This document shows, one piece after another, positions 51,501-64,000 of a DNA stretch of 64,000 bases (positions within the stretch are counted from its first letter, which is position 1; every line of letters begins with the position of its first letter). The stretch comes from Tubiluchus corallicola (taxonomy: Eukaryota > Animalia > Priapulida). A program made the translations under genes and the position numbers. The stretch covers positions 62,001 to 126,000 of the forward strand of contig JAQGDQ010000128.1 in the NCBI GenBank assembly GCA_030141605.1, given 5' to 3'. The notes beneath the pieces were generated by a model, which worked only from the letters and a program-made list of their open reading frames with translations, was not told the DNA's origin and made no database searches.

Positions 51501-52589
51501 TAAAACTTTCTCTTATTTCAATAATTGATTTGACTAAAAATGTTTCTATTAGAGAGAATAACTGTTGTGAATGTTTAATATCCAAATGTTATGGATAGCA
51601 TCCGAATTTACCCTGCAGCTACATATCAGTATATATTATGTAGGTGAACTTAAAGACAGTATTAGGAAAAACAGTCTTGCTTTCAAGAAACTAATGCAGT
51701 AGGATATACTAAGGCTGCACATCATAGGTGCTTTGCAAGATCAAAATCAGCTGAACAATCAGTCAACAACGCCTATTTACACAAATTTCTAAATTTAGTA
51801 ACAATCTTGCAAGTGATCTTTGCTACTCAGTTCTACTTGCTTGTTTCACTAAAAACATTCTCAAACCATAAATACAAAAATACCAAAAATAAAAAGTTAG
51901 CATTTTGCATTAATCACTGAGTTACATCAATACACTAGGTCCTCTGAAAATGTTGTTCACAAATTGAGAGCATATTTATATTTGAATATTCTCTTGTTCA
52001 CTGAATGAGTTTCACTAAAACCATAAGAATGATTTATAGTGATGGTTCACGTTTTAACGGAACAATAAGTTTTGCGACACACACTTTGCTGTCCATGTCC
52101 AGCAAACTGAACACAAATCTCAAGGATAATTTCTCACCAGCAATTTTAGCCAAATGTAGAACATTATCACAAGATGTTTACACATATCACAATATGCTTG
52201 AATTCTAAAGGTACGGTCCAATTGTAAATCATCACTTAATCGTCAGAGCAGCACGAATGATAATGCCTGGAAAGTGACTGCTAGAACCTTAGCATATATG
52301 TAAGTTCTGGGTTTGACGTAACTTGTGTATTACACTACCAGATGAGACAACGACTCATATTATGGCGAAAATCTTGGTCGAAGTTCAGTTCTCACAAGCA
52401 CGAAATGAAAAATAGTAACTCCCAGTCTGCATCAGCTTATACCAGTTGCTACAAGTTACCTGTAGCAAAAGTACTGCTCAGAATCACCAAAACTAAAAAC
52501 ACCTTCAAAACCGATGCATCTTGTGTTTGAACAGTATACTGTGTAACTGCAAAGGCATTTAAATCAACCTCATCTGTATCATTTGTATA

Positions 52590-55500
52590 CTACTGGTAGA
52601 TTGCAGGAATGAAATACTGTAGTGACAGATCATCGTGTAGCAGAAAAAAATGCACGACTTTGTCTTGAACAATATCTGAAAGCAAAAAATTTAAAAACAT
52701 TAAAACATTCATTGCACTTGAAATTTACTTTGTAAAAATACCAATCTTGACAGTACATATTATATTCAGTAATGTATTGTAATAAAAATAAAATCCATTA
52801 AATTCTAGTTTCCAACTTCTAGGAAGAAGACTGAGTTTCCAAAAACTGAATCCGTTGTTGGCTCAAAAAATAAACATTATAGCAAATGTTCCTTTACACT
52901 TAAAAATACATGCTATTTGTTTTTTGTAAAAAACAAACTACAATAAGAGATGCAAGAGAGCCGCTGTTGAAGGTTTGAAAATACAAGTGGTCAAGCACTC
53001 ACGTACTGGAAATACGAAATTTAGTTACACCAGAAACTTTTTCAAGATGTATTTTTCAAATCAAAACCACAAATTGAATACTAACATTTCAGGGGCCATT
53101 TCTATGAAACTTTGATTTTGATTCTGATATAAACTTGTGTCTTTTGTGAAAGAAGCAAAATTACAAATAAGCCACTTCCAGGAAAACAAAACACTTTGTG
53201 CACACATAATTCAATGCCCCTTGATAATGAGCTGAGTTCCAGTCTTGCCATTAAGTAGGCCCTACTACTGACTGCAAATACCTGCATAAAAATTCACTTC
53301 ATTGAAACCAGAGTGTGATGACCCTGATCCTGTATTTCCTCTAGGGGAATCAAAAAGGGGCATGCTGCGTTAGTTTTACATCTCATAACAGAAGGGAGCT
53401 AGTATGATAGTCACTAAATGTACGGCCTAAGGCTGATGTTAAAAATACGGGGGACTATGGCCTATTTGCATTCTATACACTAATGGATATGAAGAAAAAG
53501 AAAGATCAAATGGCAGACATTAAAATAATTAATCAAACAATTTAATTATCAACAAATTCCAAAGTAATTCGATTTAAGCAAAAGTTCAGTAATAACAAAG
53601 ATATAGCAATATTGACAAAGCTAGGGGTTAGTAGGGTATACACGTTTACATGAAGTTCATGTCTGCCCACTATGTACCTAGGTTTTTTGGAACACTTTTC
53701 CTTTAAAGCGAACAGTTTGTAGAACGGTAGCAATACGTCGTAATATAACCTCTGCATCCGAATACAGTTGCGATTCCAAACTTCGTCAGAGAAACTACCA
53801 ATTAGTCTTTACCCAGCAAGTAGCATCGAAGAACATTTGGCTAGTATACGTGATGTTTACGTTATCAGTGCGACGTTAATTACGATCGTAACAAAAGCGA
53901 AAAGTACCTGTTACCACCCTGGATGTGGTTCTGTAGTAGGTCGATCCATTTGTCAGTCAGTGGGTAACTCCACTATTGCAGACTGCAAACCAGCATCTCT
54001 GGACAACTCTGGTTGACGACCACAGCTTACAACAACTAGGCTCTCACGGTATCACCATGTACATTACACACCATATCTTGTGTGAAACTTTCTAGTACGG
54101 CATTTCTCTTCAAAAACATATAACTTCACAGAGACGAGTAAACGACCTGTCTCGTTCTGTGTCAAGGTGCCGTCTTCTCTCTTAACAGTGTTAAACGAAG
54201 TTCATCGAGAAGCCACTCGCTTAAACAGCTATAATTTTATTCACCTGTGCACTATCGTTAACCTTGACTTAGCCACTGCATTACAGCTGCGATAGGGCAG
54301 ACAAGAGTGGGTCAGACGGAATTCAAAAGGGGGTTTGTTAGTAGGTGCCTACATCCTAACAAAATATCAATAATTAATAATACAATTAACTATCACGTCC
54401 AGTAGCTAAATATCATACATATCAATTAATTAAATATACAGTATGAATAGGGCTTAATGTTGCATAAGCATAATGTGAGAACTATTAAATGTAGGGCGAA
54501 ACATGACACAGAGATATCTAAAACTGAAACAATTTTACAATATTCAGGTTAACACTGATTATTAAATACTAGTTAAGTGCATAGACTCATACAAAAATAA
54601 AGTGAATAAATACAAGTATTTTAAGCGTCTGTTTAACACATGCTTTTTTCACATCTGCTTATAAACAACATTCATTTACTTTCATGGCATCTGCCTTTAC
54701 TTTCATGCTCTAGCATATACTTTCATTTTCTTTGAAAAAGCCTATGCATATTTGTATGATCTACATTGCACAATGCCATACTGTCAGTTGTTTACTAATT
54801 TAATGATATATAACTTACTATGATCTATGATCCATGCATTACCGATCAACAAATGCAAGACAACTTCTTCATTATGAATAATCCAAGAATGACATCAGAC
54901 AGTAAAATATTTACAGAAAAATTATCCAATTCTGATTAGTATTTACTGTGCAGTAGCTATAGGTTATAACAAATTTTTAGCACTTTTAGTCTTCTGAGTA
55001 GTACCATCAATCTTTCAATTTTTGTTCAGTTTGCTCCAGTATTATTGAAACTGCCAGAAATTATGTTCCGAAAAAAAATTTGTTCATGTATTTCATTCAT
55101 ATATCAAGTGACATGTACAAAACACTGTAATGCATGGTGAACTCACACAAATACTACCAGTCCATTACTAGTTAAAAATGTATCCAGACACAATGTATAC
55201 AGTTCAGAGTAACTTACTGCAGATAACTTTCGTTGGATTCATCTGCTGCCCAGAAAGAAATTGAGAGAGTTTCCGTATATCAATCTTCACTTCATAAAGT
55301 TCAGACAGATCTTTGTCATGTGGTGAAAGACTCTGACTACTCCCAGAACTTTGGTCCCTCGCTAAAAACACCAGTGAAGATGGTAGAATTCATGTTTAAG
55401 ACAAACCGGCAAAGAACTACAGTAGGTACTGCTTAATGGACTCATGGTTAATAGACTCATTCACTTGATTGACTTAAATATGCCTGGTATGGGCCACCTC

Positions 55501-58500
55501 CATTAAAATGTTCATAAAACTGTCTGCAATTGACTCAAATAATTCTGCATAATTGACTCAAAATTTTTGCTTCACATGCTTGCTTCAATAAGACACTTTC
55601 TTGTGACTAATAAGCTTTTATGACTTTTATATCATATTAGTTCTCTTTTGTCCTATAACATACGTAGAAACAATCACGTTAAGTACCGGGAGTGTTTATC
55701 ATACGCTAATCTGCTAGCCTAATGGTTTGCTTTGACATGCTCATCCACTCGTTACCCAAGAATTCCTGCAAGCTAAACATTTAATCACTTGCCTAGCCAT
55801 TTGCTTTTGAAGCTCTGGCTGTCTTTACCAAAAAGTTTAATAAGTTAGATGTTGTTTGTTATGCCAGGGACGCAGGTACAGTACAATAAATGTCACAATT
55901 ATAGCAAGCGGGAGCTTAGGCAAAACTACAGACGTAGCTACTTGCTGGGAAACAGGGGCACCAGCAACCGTTTAAGCATGCCAAGCACTAAGTATTTTAC
56001 GAAAATTTGTGCATCACATAACAACAGATTTTCAAAGTTTTTAATATTGTGAGAACTTTGCGAGCCAACTCCTTGGCAATAAAATGAACCAGCCGACGTT
56101 GAAGGAATTTTTGCAATTTTTGCAAATAAACAGACATGTGTGATTTAGAAAAGTATACTTTTTAATTTGTTGCTAATTCACATATATAAATTAATATTTT
56201 CTAATTAATTTGCAAAGGAATTTAGGCATTAGTTCATTTCTAACATTCATTAAAAACTTTTGCAGTGCATAGTAAGCGGGTGACTCATACTTCTAGACCA
56301 GTAATACTACACCTATTGGTTAATAGGTTCAGTCGGTTAATTGGGTCAAAACACTTCGCTCCCAAAGTAAGTCTATTAAGTGGCGCCTACTGTAGTTCAA
56401 TAATAACCCTTGAATTTGTTTTACTGATTAGTACATATACATGCTATACAGAATGCAGAGGAACACCTATACACAGTATCGATACGCATGCTGTGATAAT
56501 ACCTGATGGCCCACTAGTTAACAATTACCAGAAATGTGTACTTTTTTAAAGTTTACAATCGTTGTTCATCTAAATAAACTATCAGTTCAATTTAGATTAA
56601 AAGACCACTTTTTACACTCTGGTAGCAACTTTGCTCAACAAATGTGACTTGTTCTATTCATTTTAAGTGAATTTAGACAATTTTTATTACCTAACATGTC
56701 TCAGCTACCAGTTATAGTTATCTCAAATTCGGCCAAGCATTTTGTCATAGCTGCAAATATGTGTGCAAAATTTACCTAATGTCACTGAAATTCAATATGT
56801 TGGGCAAATACTAATCATATACACAGTTTTGTTTAAAGTTAACCCAAAGTCTTGAGTGAAAACACTTTTACAAGCAGCAAAACTGTAAAACTTACTCTAC
56901 TAGTGCAACAGTACTGCATTATTTGCAACTTTATGAAAAATTGGAGAAAATAAAGTAAGAATTTTAAAGTCAGTGCAATTAATCTTTTGTTACTTACTCC
57001 ATGTTGGATTTGTTAGATCTTTAAAATGTGTTGTTACAGACACCATATCTGTGTCAATCCTGAGGTTCATCTCTCCACTTTGATTAGCTGAGAGGATCTG
57101 AAATTACAAGAAATCAGTAAAACATCCACTTCCACTCACACTGCAACAAGAGTGGAAATTCTGGGTCTTTAAAAGTTCATTTCAAAAGCATTAATTAATG
57201 AAAAAAAGCCAAATGATTTTGCCACGAAAGAACTAGCAATTGAATTTACAAATCAGATGTTATACTTACAATGTAATTTGTCAGGGATTTCATTCGATCT
57301 ACAATATTACGTAATATTTTCAAAGGCGGTAAGCATATGCTGACCTGAAAAAATTGCAAGCAATAAATAACGTACAGAAATATTTCAGTCATAATTTTTG
57401 TGTGCAACCAAGCCAAATAATTAAACTGTAGCAGGTCATAAAAAAACATTAAAGATTATGCTGTTACTTATAAGTAGGAATCACATTTGGAGCCAGAGTA
57501 AGTAATTTTCAGTTTATCTGAGGACTAGTCTGATCTGGTTTGGTATAGTAAAGATGAACTATGTATAGTCTTACTGGCTAAAAATATATAAGTAAACTCA
57601 CATCAAAGTCTGGCATTTCTGGTTCTTCAAATTCACCCCATAACCTGCGGGGTACAACATTAACAGGAATATCATGCACCACTATTCGAGATTGCCCAGT
57701 CAAAGATGGCTAAAACAAAAGTGTGGAAATTGTTGATTATTTACCAACTACTTACATTACACGAGCTACAACCAAAATTTGTTACAGCAAGAACTTGATT
57801 TTGAGATGGCCTTATTTTTTTCAATTTAATAGAAAGCAAAAAAACCCTATAATGAGATCAGTAACAAATGCATAAACTTAAAAGTGAACAGTAAAAAAAT
57901 ATGAATTTTCTAAATAGTTACTAATTTGTTACTTTCACTGGTACTTGACAAAATTTAAAAACTCAGATCTATCTTGAGCAGTTTGATTAATGGTAATGTA
58001 GCTAGACTAATGATAGCTGATATTAAATTTATGAATAAACGTAAATGTAATTAGGTTTACTCAAATTTAAAAAAAAATACAAAATCCTTAGCAACTTTGT
58101 AAATCAGAATTCTCATCTTATCGATGTTATATTAGCACTGAAGTTATAATGCACTGACTCACTTGCACATGCACTGTGGAGACACTTGATTCAGGTATTA
58201 CTGTTTAGTTAATCCACTTTAAACAAACAAATATAAATATAAAAACCAGAATTTAATAAACTAATTACATTGGAAACATTTTACTGGACTTACATTAGAC
58301 ATATATTAGATGCCGCATATTAGACTTACGGTAATGTAGAATCAATCGCCTAAATGTTTTAAAGTAGTATAGGCCGCTCATAAGTACATAAAAACTGTCG
58401 GCAATTGATTCAAATAACTCTGCATAACTGACTATAAATGTTTTTATATTATAGAGATAGCCAACTAGCAGTCAGCTCGCGAAACAATGAGGGACTTTTC

Positions 58501-60870
58501 AACGGTTCAGATTTCATCCAATTCTTCATATCCGTAAAAGCGAGGTTCGGGAAACCGAAATATGAATGTAATTAGCTGCTGTTTTACTCGAAGCTGAATG
58601 TGTCTTACTAGTTCAATCTCAAGAGTTAAGCATGGTGTGTGCTTCCGGGTCAGCTTAATCTTAACAGATTTTGCAATCTGGACAACATTCTTCAAAGTTC
58701 GCAATAAGTTTTCAGGAATCAGCTCTAAATAGATTTCGTTGGCATCTGTTTTGTTAACTCCCTCCAGGTTATATTCATCAAAGAAGTGGCCCTACAAAAA
58801 AAACAGAATCGCTAGTTTGGATATTTGGAATACTATTTAAATTATTAAAGATAAAAACACACATATGATCACAAAACCTGAATTTGAAATATTACCTGAG
58901 TTACTTCACACCATATACTAGCCCCACCACTAGAAGAGTCTTTTGGCAAAATAAAATATAATTTTCCACTTGTGATTCGTAAAGTGCATGACTTTGCCAA
59001 TTTTGAAATTGTTGAAATTACACCTGAAAGAAAAAACAAAATAATTAAATAATGAAGACACTGCAAATAGCACTCAAACAATAGAAATAAGCTAAAAAAA
59101 CTGTCACATTAATTTCCAGCAAAGAAACTTGAGTTGAGTTGAAAAACTTGAGTGAATTAATAGTCAGATGAACTAGATTAAGGTAAATTGTATTTAAATA
59201 ATTAAATACGTGTTTATAAGAGTATAGGCTGTGCAACAAATGGCACTACTAAACACTATCATTCCATAAATAAGTCCTGACCTACTTCTACATTTTAAGT
59301 AAGATGATGCACTGTGCTTCGACATCTGGCCACCTTAAACTAGAGCCATAACCTACAAGTAGGCTTAATTAGTACTAAACGGGTTTGCAGCCTTGCAATA
59401 ATCTTGATGTTTTGGCATTATCTGGGTCTCTTCTCACTAATTGCAAAACACTTGTAATCATATCAAAATTTTGATGTAAGCAAAACCAAAAATAGGCATA
59501 TGCAGATCTGCCAACTTTCATGCATTAGGCACATGCATTTCAAGTCTTTCACACTCGCACCAAGTTCTCATGGATTCAGCAACTTCGTAAACAAATCGCC
59601 TGGCTCCCTCTGCCATCATTACCAACCACAACACAATCAGTAATACCGTACTACGTTCAGTAATACAGTAGCGTTCACAGGTTTTACAAGGTGTAATACA
59701 CTAAAGGGTATTTCAATTCTTGCAAATTAAGCACTTTTGCATGCCATTGAGTTTTTCATGTACAAAAGAACATATATGTATGTAAAGTAGTGTAATGCAA
59801 TTTAACAGCAAAAGAAACGTCGCCAGTACCCAAAAATGGTACCCCAATCTCGTTAAGTACAATATTGCTACATTCATGTGCAAAATTTAATAATTTGTTT
59901 CTGCAATTTTTCATAAATTTTATAAATAAAAAAACACATAATACTAGATATAATTAATATTATGTTAAATATTGCAGAGCCAACGTTGCTAAACATCTTA
60001 TTCTTTGTAAGTCTCATTGTCTGGAATCCTATTTCTTGTAATATTAAAACAGTATTACTGCTACCTAAATTTAAGAAGATGATGAAAACATAACTCTTAA
60101 ATACATATCAGGTAGATTTGGTCTTGACCTGTTCTTGACTTATGCTTGATGATAGCCATTTCATTGCTTTTTCAACAGCATCACCTCATCATTTCTTTGC
60201 ATTTTTTACCATTTTTAGCTCCATTCTTCTCTTCTACTCACATTACTTACACCCATTATTTTACTGTCATGTCATCCATTTCACGGCTCATCCCTTTTAT
60301 TCTGCCCCTAACACTTAACAATAAACCATGTACTGCAGTTGGGCTTTTCAACTCTAGTAGCTTTTAGCGCAGCTGCAAGCAGTTGCATATTAATTGCTCC
60401 CTTGATAAGTTAAGTCATGTAGGCTTAATTAGTACTAAAGGGGTTTGCAGCCTTGCAACAATCTTGATGTAAATCAGTAAATGAAAAAAATATTTTACTG
60501 TTGTGCAGTTGCACTTAGATATACTTTATAAATTATATATATATATATGAACATAATTGTTTTTTTCTAATAAACAAAAAAATACTTTATTCTTTGCATT
60601 AATGTTTGGTAATTTGATTTTTATATCCAAAAAGCAAAAAGTTCTTGGGCATAGAGGCGTATTACCAGCCAGGTGCGATATGATACGAGGGCTTTCTACC
60701 GTTTCACACTCATTTTTACATGAAATGGTTGGCAGGTTTGCATAATAACAATCTGGAATGTATAATTATTGTCTGCTGTATCTATGCAAACAATAAACAG
60801 TCACAATATCCAGCTTACGTGAAAAATGCTGTATGCAGCCTATATCAATTATTTTTCCCCGAAATTTCAT
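52590..60870 (-). CDS. HUS1: Checkpoint protein HUS1 (9-1-1 clamp subunit); 8 coding exons, 291 aa
   Basis: GT-AG, phase-consistent exons: 60870-60819 ([17 protein letters not shown]), 59023-58896 ([25 protein letters not shown]), 58791-58609 ([37 protein letters not shown]), 57709-57602 ([26 protein letters not shown]), 57344-57270 ([19 protein letters not shown]), 57097-56998 ([31 protein letters not shown]), 55361-55218 ([24 protein letters not shown]), 52675-52590 ([19 protein letters not shown]). Total 876 nt. Confidence 0.97.
53740..54100 (+). mobile_element. Possible decayed LINE endonuclease fragment in the last HUS1 intron
   Basis: Island of higher GC/CpG content with broken peptides [15 protein letters not shown] and [10 protein letters not shown], loosely following the APE-domain order YRPP - GDFN...DW - L.Q. 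Weak. Confidence 0.25.
59359..60470. repeat. 52-bp direct repeat pair (59359-59410 and 60419-60470) in HUS1 intron 1
   Basis: gtaggcttaattagtactaaa[c/g]gggtttgcagccttgcaa[t/c]aatcttgatgt; 2 mismatches, 1060 bp period. Confidence 0.92.
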
Positions 60871-61080
60871 CTTCACAAATTACTGAATTTACCGCCATGA
60901 CGCGCACTCAACCCCAGCAAGGTGGCGTCATCGTGCGGAAAGGTACGTCATAATTGCATCAAATTAAACATGATTTGCTGTGAGACTGTCACCACAGAAA
61001 CAAATCATGTCACAAAAATTGTTTTTAATAGTTATTCATTTTTACATGTTTTGCAAGCTTTCTTCACATGCCACAAAAAC
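60871..61080. promoter_or_regulatory. Putative compact bidirectional promoter / 5' UTR region shared by HUS1 and the TEX49-like gene
   Basis: Only 210 bp between divergent start codons. Local CpG enrichment and three CRE half-sites (TGACG 60898; CGTCA 60926 and 60946). Promoter function is inference. Confidence 0.6.
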
Positions 61081-63647
61081 ATGAACTTCTTTAATTTGAC
61101 ACATTTAGGTTATAATGACAGCATCAGTGCTAGAACAAAAAGTCGTGTCGAGGACTGTGACAGAAGTAAGTATTAAAAAGCTATTGAGTTTATCACTGCA
61201 AAGTTCTGGTATATTTAGAAAAAGTTATGCTTAGTAATGTTCAATTATGTATTTTGTCTTAAAAAAACAGTGCTCTCTTCATTGAATTTCAATGGAGATT
61301 GGTCAGAAATAAATGCGTTTCAGATAAAAACAATTATTGATTAGGCGTCATTAACGTGTTAGATTAAGATGATGGCTATGGAAAGATTTACCTGCAGAAG
61401 GGTGTATTGTACATACATATAAAATTACATACTTAACAGATATTAAGACCTCTGCAGGTTCAGCATTAATCTGTGATTCAGTCAATTATTATTATCATGG
61501 TAATATTAAATTTTATCGTAATTGGCCAGATTCCGGTCCTACCAGAGTGACTCAACACTAGTGCTGGATTACTAATACCGAACAAGCTTGCCATGCCCCT
61601 GGGCGAGGGTTTTGGCTTGCAATATACCAGATTACCGAAGAATTACCTGCGTGGTTGTACAGAGAATCAAATCAAACGTATCTCCAGTTTGCTAAAGAAC
61701 ATAAAACCAGTCTGAAGAGAAACAATGTATGACCCTACTTTTCCGGCTTTTTCTTAATTAAGCCGAGGTAGTTTTAAAGACTAACTCAAGAAGACCAAGC
61801 TGTGCACAGTCTTCGTTTCAGCACTCGGCAAACAGGTTTTACCAAATAAAAAGTCCAGAACTGTTTCATTTAAATTCGCATTAACACTGAATCACAGAGT
61901 GAATCAACGGAAAGAAAACAAACCTTTCATAAAAATTAAATTTTTGTTACGTTGCCCTGTTTTATATTTTTCTTTTACAATTTTGTAAAGTTTGATTTTG
62001 ATTTTTGCACTGTACAACGAAATACTCTTTATCCTGCCTAATTCAATTAACTAGGGCATTTACGAGTAAAGTAAAATACGATTAAATCTAGACGAATCCA
62101 AAAAATTTCAATATTTGAGATACATCAAATGAGCTACATCACATATTTTTTCGGTTCTTGTTTGTATATATTTTGTGTACAGAAGCCAGGCAAGCGAGAG
62201 AAAGACTTGAAACACTTGTTGACGCTGGAGGAATAGGAAAAGAAAAACCAGATGTTTCTTGGAACCAATACACAGTACAGATGCTAAAACACAGGCGAAA
62301 AGTCCATGGTTGGTATCAACAATCGAAATTTTTACCAACAATTAGATACCCTCTAATATCATTCGCTGATGTTTTAACTGTAAGCTTGTATGAAATGAAA
62401 AATAAGTCCGTAATTATAATAATCGCCTACTAATCATACAATAATTAATACTGAAGCAATATTTCAACCAGATGAAATTGCCTGGCTGGTCGTGATTAAG
62501 CCTAATCTACGTTTTAAGTAAGTTTTATGTGATGAGCTGTCCGTGACGGCAAAGTGTCCGTGTAGATTGCAAAACGTAATACCTGCTCATTACACTTTCT
62601 TTGCTCAGAAGCTGATATGAGCAAGTTTTATTCGATTAGTTTTCCATAACAAGGAAAAGTGCCCATGTAAGTTCGAAAAAGTTGTCCATGTCAAATTTCG
62701 CTTGTTAATTTAAGAAGCAGTGAACGGTAAGATGGCCGTGTACGCGCTTTGGAGAGAAAACTTTTGGATGCGCACTCATCAGTGCTTTATTTAACATGCG
62801 TTATACCGTAACTGAGCTACTCATATTTCGGTATTTGACATGCAACCTCAACTCGTTGTTGGACTTAATTTAACAATTAATTTAACTGTGCGAGCAAATT
62901 CTATTTAAATGTAACATAGAAAACTTGATGTAGTGTAGATGGCCTACGCTGACTTCACCAAAAATCATCGCGAACAACTTGCTAATCTAGACTGTCTTAA
63001 AAGAGCTAGGAGTACGTAAACTTTCGGACGATTTTTTGGCCTATGCAGCCACAGCCAGCTCGTCACCCGTGGCCTACAAAGTTATAGTTGTCGCCATTTA
63101 TGACTTGCATTACCATTCCCTGATTAGTTTAAGAACGGTTTCAAATCTGGGGAACTTAAATGTGAAAAGGATATTAAAAATGCAGCTATATCTAATTTAA
63201 TAGTTGTTTAGTAACGCAATGTTCTCGTGATAAGATCATAAAATTTAATTATCACATTATCATTATCTTCTTGTTCATCACCATTTTGTCCAGCATGCCA
63301 CCACAGAAACCGCCAGCACTAACATCAGTACCATCGCCATCACCACGTCGTCGTCGTTGTCGCTGTTGTCCTCCTCCTCCTCGCCATCATCACTGCTGAT
63401 TATAGTTATTGCAATAACTATGAAGATATGAAGCTCCCGTCCTTTTACTCTGTATTTAGATCCGCAAGATGTCTACCGAGTTCCTGTGCTCACGTCGCAA
63501 GACTATGGATGGTGGTCAAAGCCCGGTGAGAACATTCAAAAGAAAGAACCGTGGACGTACGTACCAAGACTACCTCGCATAAACTCAGAGATGACACGAT
63601 TTGTTAACCAAATGCAGTTGTCACAAAAAGACTTCTCCATGTTCTAA
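61081..63647 (+). CDS. TEX49: TEX49/SPMIP11-like sperm/ciliary microtubule inner protein; 3 coding exons, 132 aa
   Basis: Exons 61081-61165 (MNFFNLTHLGYNDSISARTKSRVEDCDR|gtaagt), 62183-62308 (KARQARERLETLV...VSWNQYTVQMLKHRRKVH) and 63460-63647 (DPQDVYRVPVLTSQDYGWWSKPGENIQKKEPWTYVPRLPRINSEMTRFVNQMQLSQKDFSMF*). Both introns are phase 1; total 399 nt. It matches recalled TEX49 hallmarks M.FFNL..LGY, P...YR.P.T..Q....W, PW...PR....S.MTRF and terminal FS.F/Y. Confidence 0.88.
63255..63400. repeat. Mixed trinucleotide low-complexity tract (CAT/CAC/GTC/CCT) in TEX49-like intron 2
   Basis: Directly visible. Confidence 0.8.
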
Positions 63648-64000
63648 TACGAATAATAGTGATATTTTTAAATATTTAATTGTTTATATTTAATTTTCAA
63701 CTTTACACTGATAATGTGGAAAAACTTGTCAACGAATAATCACTCTATATGTCTGTATTTAACATCTGATTTGACCCGAGTTTGCCGCTTTCATGTTTCT
63801 AATTGTGTTATTATTTAGAAATATTGATTATTTAATTAAGTGATGGAAACATTTATGACATCGAATACCGAACCGTTCATGAAGTGCTAAGCCAAAAAAT
63901 TTAAGTAGCGACAGACTTGGTTAATAAATGAATTTCTGGCAGCAGTAATATTTTCTCTAGGCGGTTTCATCTATCAACGTGCTTCTAATTATTTCTTTTG

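Noticed and set aside
55490-58435. ~60-bp similarity between HUS1 introns (about 55512-55557 and 58387-58433) as duplicated intronic snoRNAs
   Set aside because: No C/D or H/ACA box arrangement on the host strand; more likely fragments of a dispersed repeat.
1-64000. CRISPR arrays, tRNA/rRNA genes, prokaryotic operons or defence systems
   Set aside because: No regular repeat-spacer array or cloverleaf seen. The DNA is spliceosomal-intron-containing eukaryotic sequence, and its RTs are LINE-type, not retron or DGR type.

Overview
AT-rich, intron-rich animal DNA, probably from an invertebrate (a lophotrochozoan such as an annelid is a guess). It is not prokaryotic, and most short ORFs in the supplied track are noise. 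Manual splicing supports five protein-coding loci. (1) The last coding exon of a PRXamide/neuromedin-U-type class A GPCR (+, 11074-11795) with an atypical TM6. (2) A complete 12-exon DBT gene (BCKDH E2; +, 16809-31451, 504 aa) whose first coding intron holds three different non-LTR retroelements. (3) An unrecognised 4-exon micro-gene (-, 41659-45729, 131 aa) encoding a signal peptide, a reduced 4-cysteine LDL-receptor class A-like module and a hydrophobic C-terminal anchor. (4) A complete 8-exon HUS1 gene (-, 52590-60870, 291 aa). (5) A 3-exon TEX49/SPMIP11-like gene (+, 61081-63647, 132 aa) head-to-head with HUS1 across 210 bp. The rest is intron or intergenic DNA with decayed retroelement fragments, fold-back repeats, local duplications and microsatellites. 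Family assignments come from recalled motifs, not database searches.
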